DNA from: Eledone cirrhosa
Taxonomy: Eukaryota
Length of the DNA stretch: 64,000 nucleotides
Direction: 5' to 3'
Assembly: GCA_964016885.1 (NCBI GenBank)
Contig: OZ024741.1
Location: forward strand, 89,838,001 to 89,902,000
Below are positions 1 through 11,648 of the stretch, one piece after another. The notes under the pieces are model-generated. The model was given only the letters and a program-made list of their open reading frames with translations, had not been told where the DNA came from and made no database searches. Made by a program: the position numbers and the translations under genes. How positions within the stretch are numbered: position 1 is the stretch's first letter; every line of letters begins with the position of its first letter.

Positions 1-254
1 AAAGTGTTTTACTAACAGTATTAACAATTGTTTCATTGACCAGGTGAGTCTAATCACTCAAGATTGCGTCACTCGACCTTAAATACAGTGTATGTCCCTG
101 ATCAAATCATCGGAACCATACAGCGCCGTACATTAAAACTATCCATAGTGCAGAGTACTCACAACCTCTAACTGGATTACCTAAAAAGATAACTTGTTAT
201 TATATATATATTTATATATATTATATATTATATATATATGTTATTATATATATA

Positions 255-826
255 TTTCTATTCTCCATCTACGGCGGGTAAAATTCCCGAGATCCATGGA
301 CGAGTTCTCTCCAGCGGTCTCTGTCCCTCATTATCGTTGCCATGTCCTGCGTCTCCAACAGACCAGTGTCTGTCCTTAGGGCATCAACATACGTTAACCT
401 TGGTCTTCCTCTTCCAGTGTGTCCATGTAGGGACTCCCACAGGAGCACTGAGTGCAGTGTCAACTCTGGATGTCGGTGAGCATGTCCAGCTAACCTCAGT
501 CTCCTCTGTGTCACTTTTGATCTGACTCTTGGGAGGCTCCCATACAGCTTTAAGTTTTCCGTCCTCAGTGTATACTGAATAATGTTCAGAGCCATACTCA
601 GCATTCTCGTGTAGCACCCATCCATTATCTGAGTGAGTTTCTTGGTCAGTGACCAAGTCTCAGACCCGTACAGCAGCACAGATTCCACTACAGCAATGAA
701 GAGGCGGACCTTCAGGTCTTCACGAAGGTCCGACTTCCACACTGATCTCAAGCTGTGGCACGCCGCCCAGGCTTTGCTCTTCCTCTCAACCATGTCATCT
801 TCCGTATTCCCAATCTTTGCTCCCAA
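255..826 (-). mobile_element. RTE-clade non-LTR retrotransposon, 5'-truncated 3' fragment (RT thumb/C-terminus)
   Basis: ORF 269..826 carries RTE C-terminal motifs: ESVLLYGSETW, RMLSMALNI, RRLRLAGHAHRH, GRGRPRLTYVD, DRDRWR. Flanked by TA-rich repeats. Confidence 0.8.
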
Positions 827-988
827 ATATATATATATATATGATGTGTATGATTGTGTAAAAAAGATTATATTAATAAAAGGAATTCCAACTTTGTCTG
901 ATTTACTCGTTTTATTTACAATCCTTTAACATTTATAATGGTATTAGAATGAAATAGTATGGTAGAATATTAAATGTTAAGTGTTAAT

Positions 989-1027
989 TGAACAAGTACT
1001 TTCATGCTTTCGCAATCTTCAGGTTCA
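989..1027 (-). ncRNA. Minimal type-I hammerhead ribozyme
   Basis: Minus strand reads TGAAC-CTGAAGA-T-TGC GAAA GCA-T-GAAA-GTAC-TT-GTTCA (stem I, core, stem II, GAAA, palindromic stem III, UH, stem I'). Confidence 0.8.
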
Positions 1028-1061
1028 TAATGTGTGGTGACAGTCAAGTTTGCACACATTA

Positions 1062-1100
1062 TGAACCTGAAGATTGCGAAAGCATGAAAGTACTTGTTCA
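1062..1100 (+). ncRNA. Minimal type-I hammerhead ribozyme
   Basis: TGAAC-CTGAAGA-T-TGC GAAA GCA-T-GAAA-GTAC-TT-GTTCA. Confidence 0.8.
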
Positions 1101-1212
1101 ATTAACACTTAACATTTAATATTCTACCATACTATTTCATTCTAATACCATTATAAATGTTAAAGGATTGTAAATAAAACGAGTAAATCAGACAAAGTTG
1201 GAATTCCTTTTA

Positions 1213-1334
<122 letters not shown>

Positions 1335-1335
1335 A

Positions 1336-1470
1336 GGGTGTGGTAAGATACCAGGTGGACCATAACCCACCAGAGTACTCGATACTAGTGTACTCGGTAG
1401 TAGAGTGGGTAACATGTTCGGATCTAGCTGTCGAAATGGCTGGAGCTCAGCCGTCGGAGTCCTGAATCTT
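1336..1470 (-). repeat. Copy of the short hairpin-head repeat family (one arm only)
   Basis: Similar to 19204-19386 and 21539-21716 (TTACCCACTCTACTAC...GAGTACTCTGGTG..TTATGGTCCACCTGGT..CTTACCAC). Confidence 0.7.
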
Positions 1471-1904
1471 TTCATATATACATATGTATATATATGATTG
1501 GAGTTGAATAATAAATAATGTACGAAATCTTCATGTAAATAAACATCTTTATAGCTTTGCTATGAAATGTTAGGAGCAGTAATTAATAACCACGAGTATT
1601 TAGCAACCAAGCAAGGGACAACATTCTAATGGTGCCTTTCCTAATTTCTTAACCGGCGTCAGAGAAGCTTATTCCCTCGTGGATGGTAAGACGAAAATAA
1701 GCTAAAAGTTTATAGGTTTTATGCTTATGAACAGCGGCTGACGAAGCTAATTTGCATACAGAGCAAAAGCTCGCGAACTCTAATCAATGAGAGGAAGTGA
1801 TACTCTGACATAGCGTGATTGATAATTAACTGAGGTTGTATATTAAACTATATATATATATGTGTGTATATATGTGTGTGTGTGTAAGTATGCACACGTA
1901 CGCG

Positions 1905-2002
<98 letters not shown>

Positions 2003-2138
2003 CATACACATACACATATACATATATACGAAAGGGTTATATCGAATTCGTTTGTAAATAAATGGGCCGATTTGAAACTGTGCCGTGCCTGTGACTGATC
2101 ATCACCTGTTCTGTTTGTTCAACATTGGCTTTGAGGAA

Positions 2139-2179
2139 CAATCAACATGTTTCTGGGTCATTACCCTTCATCGGGACTG
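2139..2179 (-). ncRNA. Type-I hammerhead motif with one core mutation
   Basis: Minus strand reads CAGTC-CCGATGA-A-GGGT AATG ACCC-A-GAAA-CATG-TT-GATTG. Core CUGA is changed to CCGA. Confidence 0.6.
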
Positions 2180-2189
2180 TATACCAGCA

Positions 2190-2530
2190 TGACTAAATGG
2201 ATGAGAAATTCGCTTTGCAATCATTAGGTTCGGGTTCAATTCCACACTGTGGCATCTTTAGCACGTGTCATATACCATAGCATTGGACCCATGCCTTGTG
2301 AGCGAAATTCGGTTGACAGAAATAGTTTGGAAGCCCGCTGGATATATTGGACCGGTAACTGAGAGTGCTAGCTCTATCACACACTGTGTCCCGCTGAATC
2401 TCCCTGAGAATTGCGTTAAGAGTACACATGTGTTTGAAATGCTTAGCCAATTTCACGTAAATTTTTCCGTTGATTGAAAAACAGATACACTCATCGTCGA
2501 AATCGACGGAGGTCATTCCGTTCTCGTTAA
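2190..2530 (+). mobile_element. Decayed tRNA-derived SINE (second family); related copies at ~47570-47830, ~54960-55270, ~63420-63770 on the - strand
   Basis: B-box-like GGTTCAATTCC. Shared segment TGTCxCGCTGAATCTCxCxGAGAATT...TACACxTGT across copies. Confidence 0.6.
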
Positions 2531-2619
2531 GCGAATTTCTAAAAAATACTTAAATTGCTATTTATTTTTCCTTTTACTACAAAGAAATTTGTATTTTCTA
2601 AATTATAATTAGGAGGGAG

Positions 2620-3083
2620 GTAGGTGTAAAAGCCAAACTCGCTATCTTCAGTTCGGTATTCGTGCCAACCCTTACCTATGGTCATTAATTTGGGGTAATA
2701 ACCGAAAGAATACGATCGCGCATACAAGCAGTCCAAATGGGGTCCCTCCGAAGGGTCATTGGAGTAACTTTACTCGATAGAGTGGTAACTCGGAGGTCAG
2801 AGAGTCACTCCGGTTAGCTTCGCTACTTCTCCGAATTGAGAGATCACATCTCCGATACTATGGGCATGTGGTTAGAATGTCTCAGGAAAGAATTGAGGAA
2901 CACATTTTAAGGGCAAAACCAACCCGCAGCAGACCCAGAGGTCGACCCTGAGCAAGATGGTCTCGCTTTTGGATCCAGCCGGATCAGTTGGAGATGGTTG
3001 CTTCTCACAGGACTCTCTGGAAGGAGTGTTTGAGGACTATGCGAAGAAGAAGAAGAAGAAGAAGAAGAAGAAGAAGAAGAAGA
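2620..3083 (+). mobile_element. Decayed RTE-clade 3' end with (GAA)n tail
   Basis: Manual translation with stops/frameshifts: VFVPTLTYG..ITERIRSRIQAVQMGSLRRVIGVTLLDR..LLLRIERSHLRYYGHVVRMSQERI, followed by (GAA)n. Confidence 0.7.
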
Positions 3084-3166
3084 AATGTACTTCAGCAAAT
3101 CTGCCTTGCTGAGAGTTTCTGCATCGTATTCGTAGAAATGTTTGTTTTCATTATTTTGTATTGCTG

Positions 3167-3503
3167 GTGGATTGGCAGTATCGGTAGAGGGTCGGACGTC
3201 ATGCTTTGACGCATAGAGTTACGGCCCTTGCCATTCTGAGGCAGTGATTGGCAGTATCGGTAGAGGGTCGGACGTCATGCTTTGACGCATAGAGTTACGG
3301 CCCTTGCCATTCTGAGGCAGTGATTGGCAGTATCGGTAGAGGGTCGAACGTCATGCTTTGACGCATAGAGTTACGGCCCTTGCCATTCTGAGTTCATATC
3401 CCGCCGAGGTCAACTTTGCCTTTCATCCTTACGGGGTCGATAAAATAAAGTACCAGTAATGTACTGGGTAATTGCTGGCCTTGTGCCAAAAGTAGAAACA
3501 ATT
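3167..3503 (+). mobile_element. tRNA-derived SINE (main family) with triplicated 76-bp head
   Basis: A-box-like TGGCAGTATCGG, B-box-like GAGTTCATATCCC, body CTTTGCCTTTCATCCTTACGGGGTCGATAAAATAAAGTACCAGT. Head repeats start at 3171, 3247, 3323. Confidence 0.85.
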
Positions 3504-3789
3504 ATTTTGTATTAGTGGGCGTTGTGCGGTTGAATTGACGCCATTACGAATATATAATGACAAAAAAAAAAAAAAATTCAGATAAAGTTAAATTCTTTTT
3601 TTTCTGTACGAAAAACAAACCAGTTAGTAGCATTTGTGTGTTAAAGTAGAGTTACACGACAAAACGTGACATTTTTAATCCAAAGTTTGAAGGAGACATT
3701 GATATCCAACGACCTCATGTCGTATAGCTTTTGACAATCTGAAAAATAGTCATTCCCACAAACCAACAGCGAAGTAAAAACACAAAATG

Positions 3790-4000
3790 ATAATTGTTTC
3801 TACATTTGGCACAATGCCAACAATTTGAAGGGAAGAAAAATCGATTAAATCGACCTCAGTGTGTTACTGGTATTTTATTTTATCGACCCCGAAAGGATAA
3901 AAGTCAAAGATAACCTCAGCAGAATTTGATCTCAGAAGGTAAAAAGTTGTAACTAAATACCAAAAAGCATTTGGACCGATACTGCCAATCAACCGCCCTA
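3790..4000 (-). mobile_element. tRNA-derived SINE (main family), diverged
   Basis: TACTGGTATTTTATTTTATCGACCCCGAAAGGATAAAAGTCAAAG matches the family body. Confidence 0.75.
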
Positions 4001-4432
4001 TGATATCTCATTTAGGCACAGGGCGAGCAGTTTGAGGGCAGAAGGATGGTAATTAAATCGAACCTAGTACGTTATTTCAATTATTTTTTCCAGTTTTCTG
4101 ATTGTGGGTAGCAATCCACACTATCACGTCCCAGCACATTCCAAGTTCATTGAAGCAAATCCAACTACTGTGATTAAAAAAAAAAAAAGACGGCAAGAAG
4201 AAAATGCCAAACTTTTAAAGTGATACGTTTCGTCTGATGCGTGGTTAATCAAAGGTCACGCCCCCCAAAGAAGAACCAGACTGGGATTTGAAAATTTGTT
4301 CAAGGTTTCTTAGTTTAATTTCAAATTAACATTTTCCAACAATGCTTTTAAATACCCAAAAGGTAAAACTTCAGATTTACACATGAATATATATATGCGT
4401 GTGAGTACACACACACACACACACACACACAT

Positions 4433-4464
<32 letters not shown>

Positions 4465-4510
4465 ATATATATATATGTGTGTGTGGGGTGGGGGTATATA
4501 TATATATATA

Positions 4511-4860
4511 TTAATTAAGCATACAGTGTATTGCAAAATACACTATACATACATTCATATATATATCGCTATTTCAGAGCACCAATTCTAATTTTCAATT
4601 TGTGCTGTACCAGCAACCGCTCTGTAAAATCAGTTCCTGATTATTACTGGAATTCTATAAGAATCCAACATTCATAATTTTCAGCAAACAGGAGGAGTGC
4701 TAGGCTTTGATAAGTACCAACAGTACGAAACAGAGCTCTGTCAGCTTATCTCCCCTTGTTTGCTGAAAATAGAAGTAAGTGACATAATCACTACTTTAAA
4801 ACAATAGCGTAAGGTCTTCAAAATGCTTTTAATTAAGCATACAGTATATTGCAAAACACA
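4511..4860 (+). mobile_element. ~318-bp unit with ~32-bp terminal direct repeats and an internal hammerhead (retrozyme-like or pLTR-like)
   Basis: TTAATTAAGCATACAGTRTATTGCAAAAYAC at 4511 and 4829. Bounded by (TA)n and (CA)n. Confidence 0.6.
4702..4747 (+). ncRNA. Type-I hammerhead motif, core mutated (TTGATAA)
   Basis: AGGCT-TTGATAA-GTAC CAACA GTAC-GAAA-CAGAGCTCTG-TC-AGCTT. Stem I is extended by TTTTCAGCAAACA/TGTTTGCTGAAAA. Confidence 0.65.
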
Positions 4861-4922
4861 CACACACACATATATATATTAATTCCAAATATTAACAAAA
4901 TAGATATTCTTGTGATCAATTA

Positions 4923-4989
4923 TATTTTATTATACATATTTCAGAGGTACTAAATTAAGTTCAACAGCACGTCCTCATCAGATAAAATA
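4923..4989 (-). ncRNA. Type-I hammerhead ribozyme
   Basis: Minus strand reads TATTTTAT-CTGATGA-GGACGTGCT..AGTACCTCT-GAAA-TATGTA-TA-ATAAAATA. Confidence 0.75.
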
Positions 4990-5195
4990 AAGTGATACAT
5001 GACATACCCTGACATGGTAGATGGTCAAGATTTAATCAAGGTAGTGATTAACTTATGACAAAACTCAATATTTATACCCTAATATTGAGAACATGAGAAA
5101 ACGTAATACAATCAATAGAGAGAGTGTGAGTAATATATTTTAAGAAATATATGGCATCAATATAACAGTTATAGAATTTTAATTAATTATAGAAT

Positions 5196-5254
<59 letters not shown>

Positions 5255-6426
5255 TATAAAGTAAAGCATGTCCATAGAATTATTTGATAATATATATACA
5301 TCACTTGTATATATATATCATTTATTGGAAAAGGGAAGTCGATGGGCTTCGACATAATTTCAGTGCAGTAATTAGTTTCACAATGTTTTGTCAACTCTTG
5401 ACTATGGTAGAAGATACGGCGACGTCGGATCGAATCCGGACCCACGCGGCTGCTAGACGAACTTCTCAACCACACAGAGCGATGTCGGCGCTCATTGTCC
5501 AAACAACTCCAAAATATTTTGAGCTAATACTAAAATTAATCAATGTTTCTATTCTAATATATTCAAATCCTACTGTTCTCTCAGCCATAAACGCAAAAGC
5601 GCAATCGAGAAAACCAATATATTGACTTAATATTTGTTTTTATAGCAGTAAATATTTCTTGATATAGCACTATCTATCATTTAAAAAAAAAAATCTAGTC
5701 GGGGGAGTAGTGCACGTGACCTTTGCATCCCTGTCTCGGATTAGTGAGACTGGTGGTACCGATGCCAAGTATCAACTTCTGCGGTTCGATATTTACTGGA
5801 AAACATGCAGGCAGGAAAAAAAAAAAAAAACTAGCGCTCTGGTTGGAATGTTGAAACAGAGGGAACTCTTCCAAAGGCATCCAAGTATGTAAAATTGAAT
5901 AGACTGTAACGAAACTGAGTCGAATTATTTATTATTTTCTCCACCACTAACTTTTGATAGAGAGCTTCTATATAATCGCTCAAATTACTAGAAAAAGCAG
6001 TCAGAAATTATACCTTACTGATTCAAAGAAAACATAGATTGAACATTGTAGCTCGTGATACTTAAAAGATGGAATTGTCACAGTCGGCATACCGTTGATA
6101 ATTAGTCTGCTCTAATAAAGTAGAGCTGAGGCTAAACACTAACAACCATAACCTGGTCTTCTATCAAGTGAGACCAAGTTTTGCTTGTGTGATATTGGTT
6201 TGACGGAAGCTGTATGGAATCCCATTTAGATGGGTTGTAACTGTTAAGTTGTAATTTCTCCTCTCTTCTTCCCTTCAGCAGCAATGGAGTCCTGTAAAGG
6301 GTAGAGGTATGGTCTTCCCTCGTCTAATTAACTCATGAAAATATCTAGCTAAGCTGAGTAAAAATGTAGATTTCTGAGATTCATTCTTTGTTAGAGATTA
6401 TAATTTTCCGGGATATCGATTTCAAG

Positions 6427-6512
6427 TATTTACAATACTTATACCTATATTTACAATACTTATACCTATATTTACAATACTTATACCTACATTTACAATA
6501 CTTATACCTATA
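6427..6512 (+). repeat. 21-bp minisatellite x4
   Basis: TATTTACAATACTTATACCTA repeated four times. Confidence 0.9.
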
Positions 6513-6910
6513 TAACCTTCGATCGATCCTCTAGCCGAATTGTCCTCCTATATCATGTTCGTTAATATTTTCATATTCCCAGACCATCTGTATATATCAA
6601 TTGTAATATGGGTGGCAAATTGGCAGAATCGGTAGTGCATAGGACAATCGTAGTGTATAGGGCAATCGTAGAGCTTAGGTTGCTTTTCATATTGAGTCAA
6701 TAAAATGAAGTTCAGGGCAGTGGATTGGTGGGTTTGTTAGAGCGTCGGACGAATTGCCAGAATGTCATCCTGTTTAACACCGTAACCTTGCTCTTGGGTG
6801 TATTTAGCAGAGTTCAATCTGCTAAATACACCCAAGCATTCCAGTTTCTAGTGTGAGGATAATTTCCTCTGTTCCTCCCACCAGTCCCGGAAGTTATGAA
6901 AAAATATAAT

Positions 6911-7049
6911 TGTTTCTACTTTAGGCAAAAGGCCAGCAAATACCCAGTACATTACTGGTACTTTATTTTATCGACCCCGTAAGGATGAAAGGCAAAGTTA
7001 ACCTCGGCGGGATTTGAACTCAGACTGTAAAGGGACGTAACTATGCTAG
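6911..7049 (-). mobile_element. 5'-truncated main-family SINE between ~87-bp direct repeats
   Basis: SINE body. Flanks 6824-6910 and 7050-7139 are near-identical. Confidence 0.8.
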
Positions 7050-7871
7050 AAATACACCCAAGCATTCCAGTTTCTAGTTTGAGGATAATTTCTTCTGTTC
7101 CTCCCATCAGTCCCGGAAGTTAGGAAAAAAAATAATAATGGATTATTGGTGTTACATTTCCCTCCCACTAATTATTACTAGTTTCAATTTTTATCAAGTA
7201 TTTGTGAACAATAGCGTCGTTCATTATAGTTCTTTAACGATTCAAACACTCGTTCACTGCAACATTTTTCGTTTATATTTCTCATTATTTTTACAGTTTA
7301 GATTCCAGAAATGCAAATCTGTCAACAGCTCTTCGTCTTCCATCCATCTAAAACGAATTCATTCATTATTCCTGTTGACATAAACTTAGTGTTCTCGCTT
7401 TACTCACCATTCAGTGATTGGTCTATTTTTTACACTTACCTGCTTTACTCTTCACAAAAGAGCAGCTTGATGTATATATTATTCAAGGATCGTAGTATTA
7501 GTGACATACTTCAAGTTATAAGCTGTCAAGTAGCCAATCTTAAGAAACAACGTTTACTCCCAAGAAATAGAGCTCTACACAATATGGTTTCTTTATTTAA
7601 ACAGAAGCACAGTATTATACACATGCACACAGACTTACATATTTATACATAAATCCACGCACATTGTATATGTATAAAAGATAAAGGCATATATATTACA
7701 TACATACATACATTCATACATATTCTTTTAGTTTTTATCTTGTATTGGTTTCGGACATTAGACTACGATCATGTTGGAGCACCGTCTTGATTTAGTCGAT
7801 CAGTAAGTACTTATTATGAAATATAGAGGGAAACTCAAACGTAAACATAAACACACACACAGCACACACAG

Positions 7872-8004
<133 letters not shown>

Positions 8005-8189
8005 AAACACAAGCTTCTACAGTTTTCGTCTACCAAATTCCACACAAAGCATTGAACAACTCAAGAATATTGCCGTAGACACATGCCCATGGCAACGAGA
8101 CTGACCCCCAAACAAAGTTAGGTAGCGAACTCCTTAACTATACAGCCATGCATAATATAAATGCATAATACATCCATTCATCCAGACAT

Positions 8190-8956
8190 ACATACATGAT
8201 GGCTGCAAACTCTGCTAAACGTATTGCTATCGCATGTCAGATTCAAATGTGTGACGCTAGGATATGGCTTTTCAAACCTGCTAGAGACTTGCACTCCTTC
8301 GCACATTGACGACAACTATGGATCTCCCTGGCCTCAGGTCTTGCATCGGGTTCCCTGTGAACCTTCACAATACCCTGGAGATCATAGTTCAACGGTTCTC
8401 TTTGAACATGGTTGCGACTGTGGCTCCTGAGACCAGATTTGCTCAAGCACATTTTTCCACACTCAAAACACTTCAAGTCAATGGAGACACCGATCATTTC
8501 GAGAGATACACCAGGGCATTGCTTGCGCACATCCCGTTTGATCTTCTGCTCTATGCGTCTGTCCTCAAAATTATGGACCATTCCACGTCAAGTTTCTCTG
8601 TCAAGAGCTTCTATCTCCGAGTCAGCCACCATCAAACCAGTTTTTTTTTCAAGGAGTCCTTTACACAATCCTTGAATTGGAGCCTTGGCTTGTGAGGTGG
8701 TCTCTTACCCTCACAAAGCTCTCCATACAAAAGATGTTTTAGGATTCGATCATCCTCCATTCTGCAGAGGTGTCCGGTCCATCGCAAACGCCATTGGTGG
8801 ATGATACTCTCAATGCTCCGACACTCACTTCTCACAAGGACCTCAACATCACTCACATGCATCTGCCACTTGATACCGAGCATCTTTCTGAGACACTGCT
8901 GGTGAAATCGTTCCAGTCTGTGGATATGTCGTTTGTAGGCAACCCATGTCTCACAC
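8190..8956 (-). mobile_element. RTE-clade 3' end with two C-terminal C2H2 zinc fingers and (ATGT)n tail
   Basis: YACETW..LERFHQQCLRKMLGIKW..RLRWTGHLCRM..LLYGEL..GKR..KP..FKD (8632..9066). CFECGKMCLSKSGLRSHSRNH and CRQCAKECKSLAGLKSHILASH (8243..8581). 3' UTR ends GAGTTTGCAGCCATCATGTATG. Confidence 0.85.
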
Positions 8957-8995
8957 GCATATACATACATACACACACACACACGCATACACACG

Positions 8996-9041
<46 letters not shown>

Positions 9042-9311
9042 CGCTCACACACAAGTACACATACACATATGCAAATTGTTACACTAACTGTGGTATAGTT
9101 TAGGTACAAGTGTTTCTCTGGTTGTCAGTGAAAATCTGAAACAGACGACCAGATTGTATCTAAATAACAACATAGTTAATACAACAAATATACTACAAGT
9201 CTTTTTATGGACTGAGTGCTATTCCAACTTTGGATATTCTTGACAACATTACACTACACACACTATACACACAAATATACAAACACACACACACTCACAC
9301 ACAGACACACA

Positions 9312-9398
<87 letters not shown>

Positions 9399-9399
9399 G

Positions 9400-9462
<63 letters not shown>

Positions 9463-9474
9463 CAAGGACTCACT

Positions 9475-9534
<60 letters not shown>

Positions 9535-9604
9535 CAGAGCAAGCGGTTATCAAACAAGTCTCTAAATAAATTAAAAAACGATTTAAATAATCACCTGTTC
9601 TATT

Positions 9605-9685
9605 GCTGTTACCGACGGTTTCATCAGTCCAAAAGATTGGAAATCCAGAGAATTTCCAATGGAAAGAAATGAATCTTCAGACAGC
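9605..9685 (-). ncRNA. Type-I hammerhead ribozyme with extended stem II
   Basis: Minus strand reads GCTGT-CTGAAGA-T-TCA..ATTGGAAAT/ATTTCCAAT..TGA-T-GAAA-CCGTCGG-TA-ACAGC. It lies in an element (~9530-10003) ending in a 31-bp inverted repeat (9891-9921/9973-10003), between (TA)n tracts. Confidence 0.75.
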
Positions 9686-10000
9686 TTATTTCCACACTAT
9701 AAGGTTGCCAGCCCTACAGTAAGTAAATATTTCGCTTCCTGCCCAACGCATGCGGTCAAGCCGTTAAAATGACACACACGCAAAATCAGGTCGCAGATAA
9801 TAGCTGTTTATTATAAACGTGTTGATATTGCCACTAAAATTAGCAGCATTATTCAACGCTTTGTTCTCTACATAAGGAGAAAAATTATAAAAGTGGATGA
9901 ATACTTCAACAGGCACTATGTTAGTACCATCGAACCACAAATATTATAAACACCTTGCATATTTCTACAAGTACATAGTGCCTGTTGAAGTATTCATCCA

Positions 10001-10088
<88 letters not shown>

Positions 10089-10220
10089 GCCTTGAAGGCG
10101 GTCATCCAGACTGGCAACTACTGGCTCTGACCCCCTTCGGGTCTTAAACATTTCTCTCTACTTTTCAGCCCCATGGATTGTGTCTACCATTATTATGTTC
10201 CTTTATTAGATAAATTTTGT

Positions 10221-10280
10221 AACACCTGATGATGTCACCGGGTTCCTACAGAACCTGGTCATTGAAATGTACATAGTGTT
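10221..10280 (+). ncRNA. Type-I hammerhead ribozyme
   Basis: AACAC-CTGATGA-TG..ACCGGGTTC CTACA GAACCTGGT..-GAAA-TGTACA-TA-GTGTT. Confidence 0.75.
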
Positions 10281-11054
10281 TGTAATAAATCTTTAAGTAA
10301 TTTCACCAGTCCAGCCTCCTGTCAGTTACACTAAATAATAATTAACTTCGTTCTCGCACCACCAACAAGATTCAACATAAATGAAGGTGGATGAGTTGCA
10401 TTACGTCGAGTGCTTTTTCCTAATATTACATCACGGTTGTCTATACTGAATGACCAGTTCTATCGAGTGGTGAACCAACAAACCTAAATGAATATATATT
10501 CTGCTTGGATTTGCGACCGACAGATAGTATTAGCAATTGGAAAGACCGATGGAAACATTGTTTCCTCAGTCCGATTTGACGAGCTCCACCCCACTCGAAT
10601 GAGGTCTGGTATCTTGTCAATCGTATATATATAGTTGCAGAAGAATATTGCTTATAAGTAGTTGTTACGTTGTAACTTCTTGAGGATAAACCGGTCCGAG
10701 CGATTCAAAAGCACTTCACGCCAGTAGTTTATCTCAGGTAAGTGCTGGTGATTATGAGTGATGGAGTATTCATTTATCAAATAATAGTAGTTAGCACGGG
10801 ATTAATTCACAATAATTGTTTATTGCATGATATATAGTTACTAGAACCTAACAGATAAGAGATGCATATGACAGCTACCATCCCTACAGGATAGTTGTAC
10901 ATTGTTAGCGGCATATCCCAGTGGTTGCATAACTGCACCTATGATTGCGTAAGCATCTGATGCAGTCATATGAATAACCATGTAACAGAAATATATATTA
11001 TGCAATAAACAATTATGGTGAATTAATCCCGTTTTAACTACTCTTATTTCATAT

Positions 11055-11085
<31 letters not shown>

Positions 11086-11131
11086 ATGCATGTATGAATG
11101 TATGAATGTAAACAGATATGTATATATTCAA

Positions 11132-11648
11132 TTAGCTGAGATACCCGGTAATACCCGGGAGCGGGGGTATTCCCAGTTCCCATTAAAATGCCCAATGCCT
11201 CTCAGACCAAAAATAAATGTTACAGCAAGCAGAAATATTAAATTGATTTATGGAGAACATTTTAAGCCCACAACAGCTGAAGCCAAATTTCGCTCATCAG
11301 TTAATAAAAAATCAGCTGACGCTTTGCTCGAGTGGTCTGGATAATTTTCTTTAGCAAAAAGCCATCCTTAGCATCTATCTGTATTTCAAGTTTGAAGGAA
11401 ATCGGTTGAGAGATTTAAAAGTTATGGTAGAAAATATCATTCATCTGAACATTTGCATACAAATTTCCTATTCACTTTTAAAAAATCGATGCAGACTGGA
11501 AATTATCGATTTTTTTAAACTTCAAAGTACGTAAGAAATCAAATGGGCACGAGCCCCACACACGTGTCAAGTTTCATCAAGATCGGTTTGGTAGTTTTTG
11601 AGTTTTAGGTTCACAAACAAACACACAAACAGACAGAAATTGCCATTT
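11132..11648 (-). mobile_element. Non-autonomous Helitron-like element
   Basis: Minus-strand 3' end has the hairpin CCCGGGTATTACCGGG then CTAA|T (CTRR). The 5' region has TCTG/TTTG microsatellite-like sequence and is interrupted by an RTE derivative. Confidence 0.55.

Noticed and set aside
14-90. Repeat shared with 31630-31715 containing GAAACAATTGTT on the minus strand
   Set aside because: Only the 3' half of a hammerhead is recognisable; too decayed to call.
1733-1776. CTGACGA-AGCT..AGC-AAAA-GC-TC hammerhead-like string
   Set aside because: GAAA is absent and stem I does not pair.
9095-9163. Hairpin with hammerhead-like GAAA-CAC-TT on the minus strand
   Set aside because: The CUGANGA core is entirely missing; at most a dead remnant.
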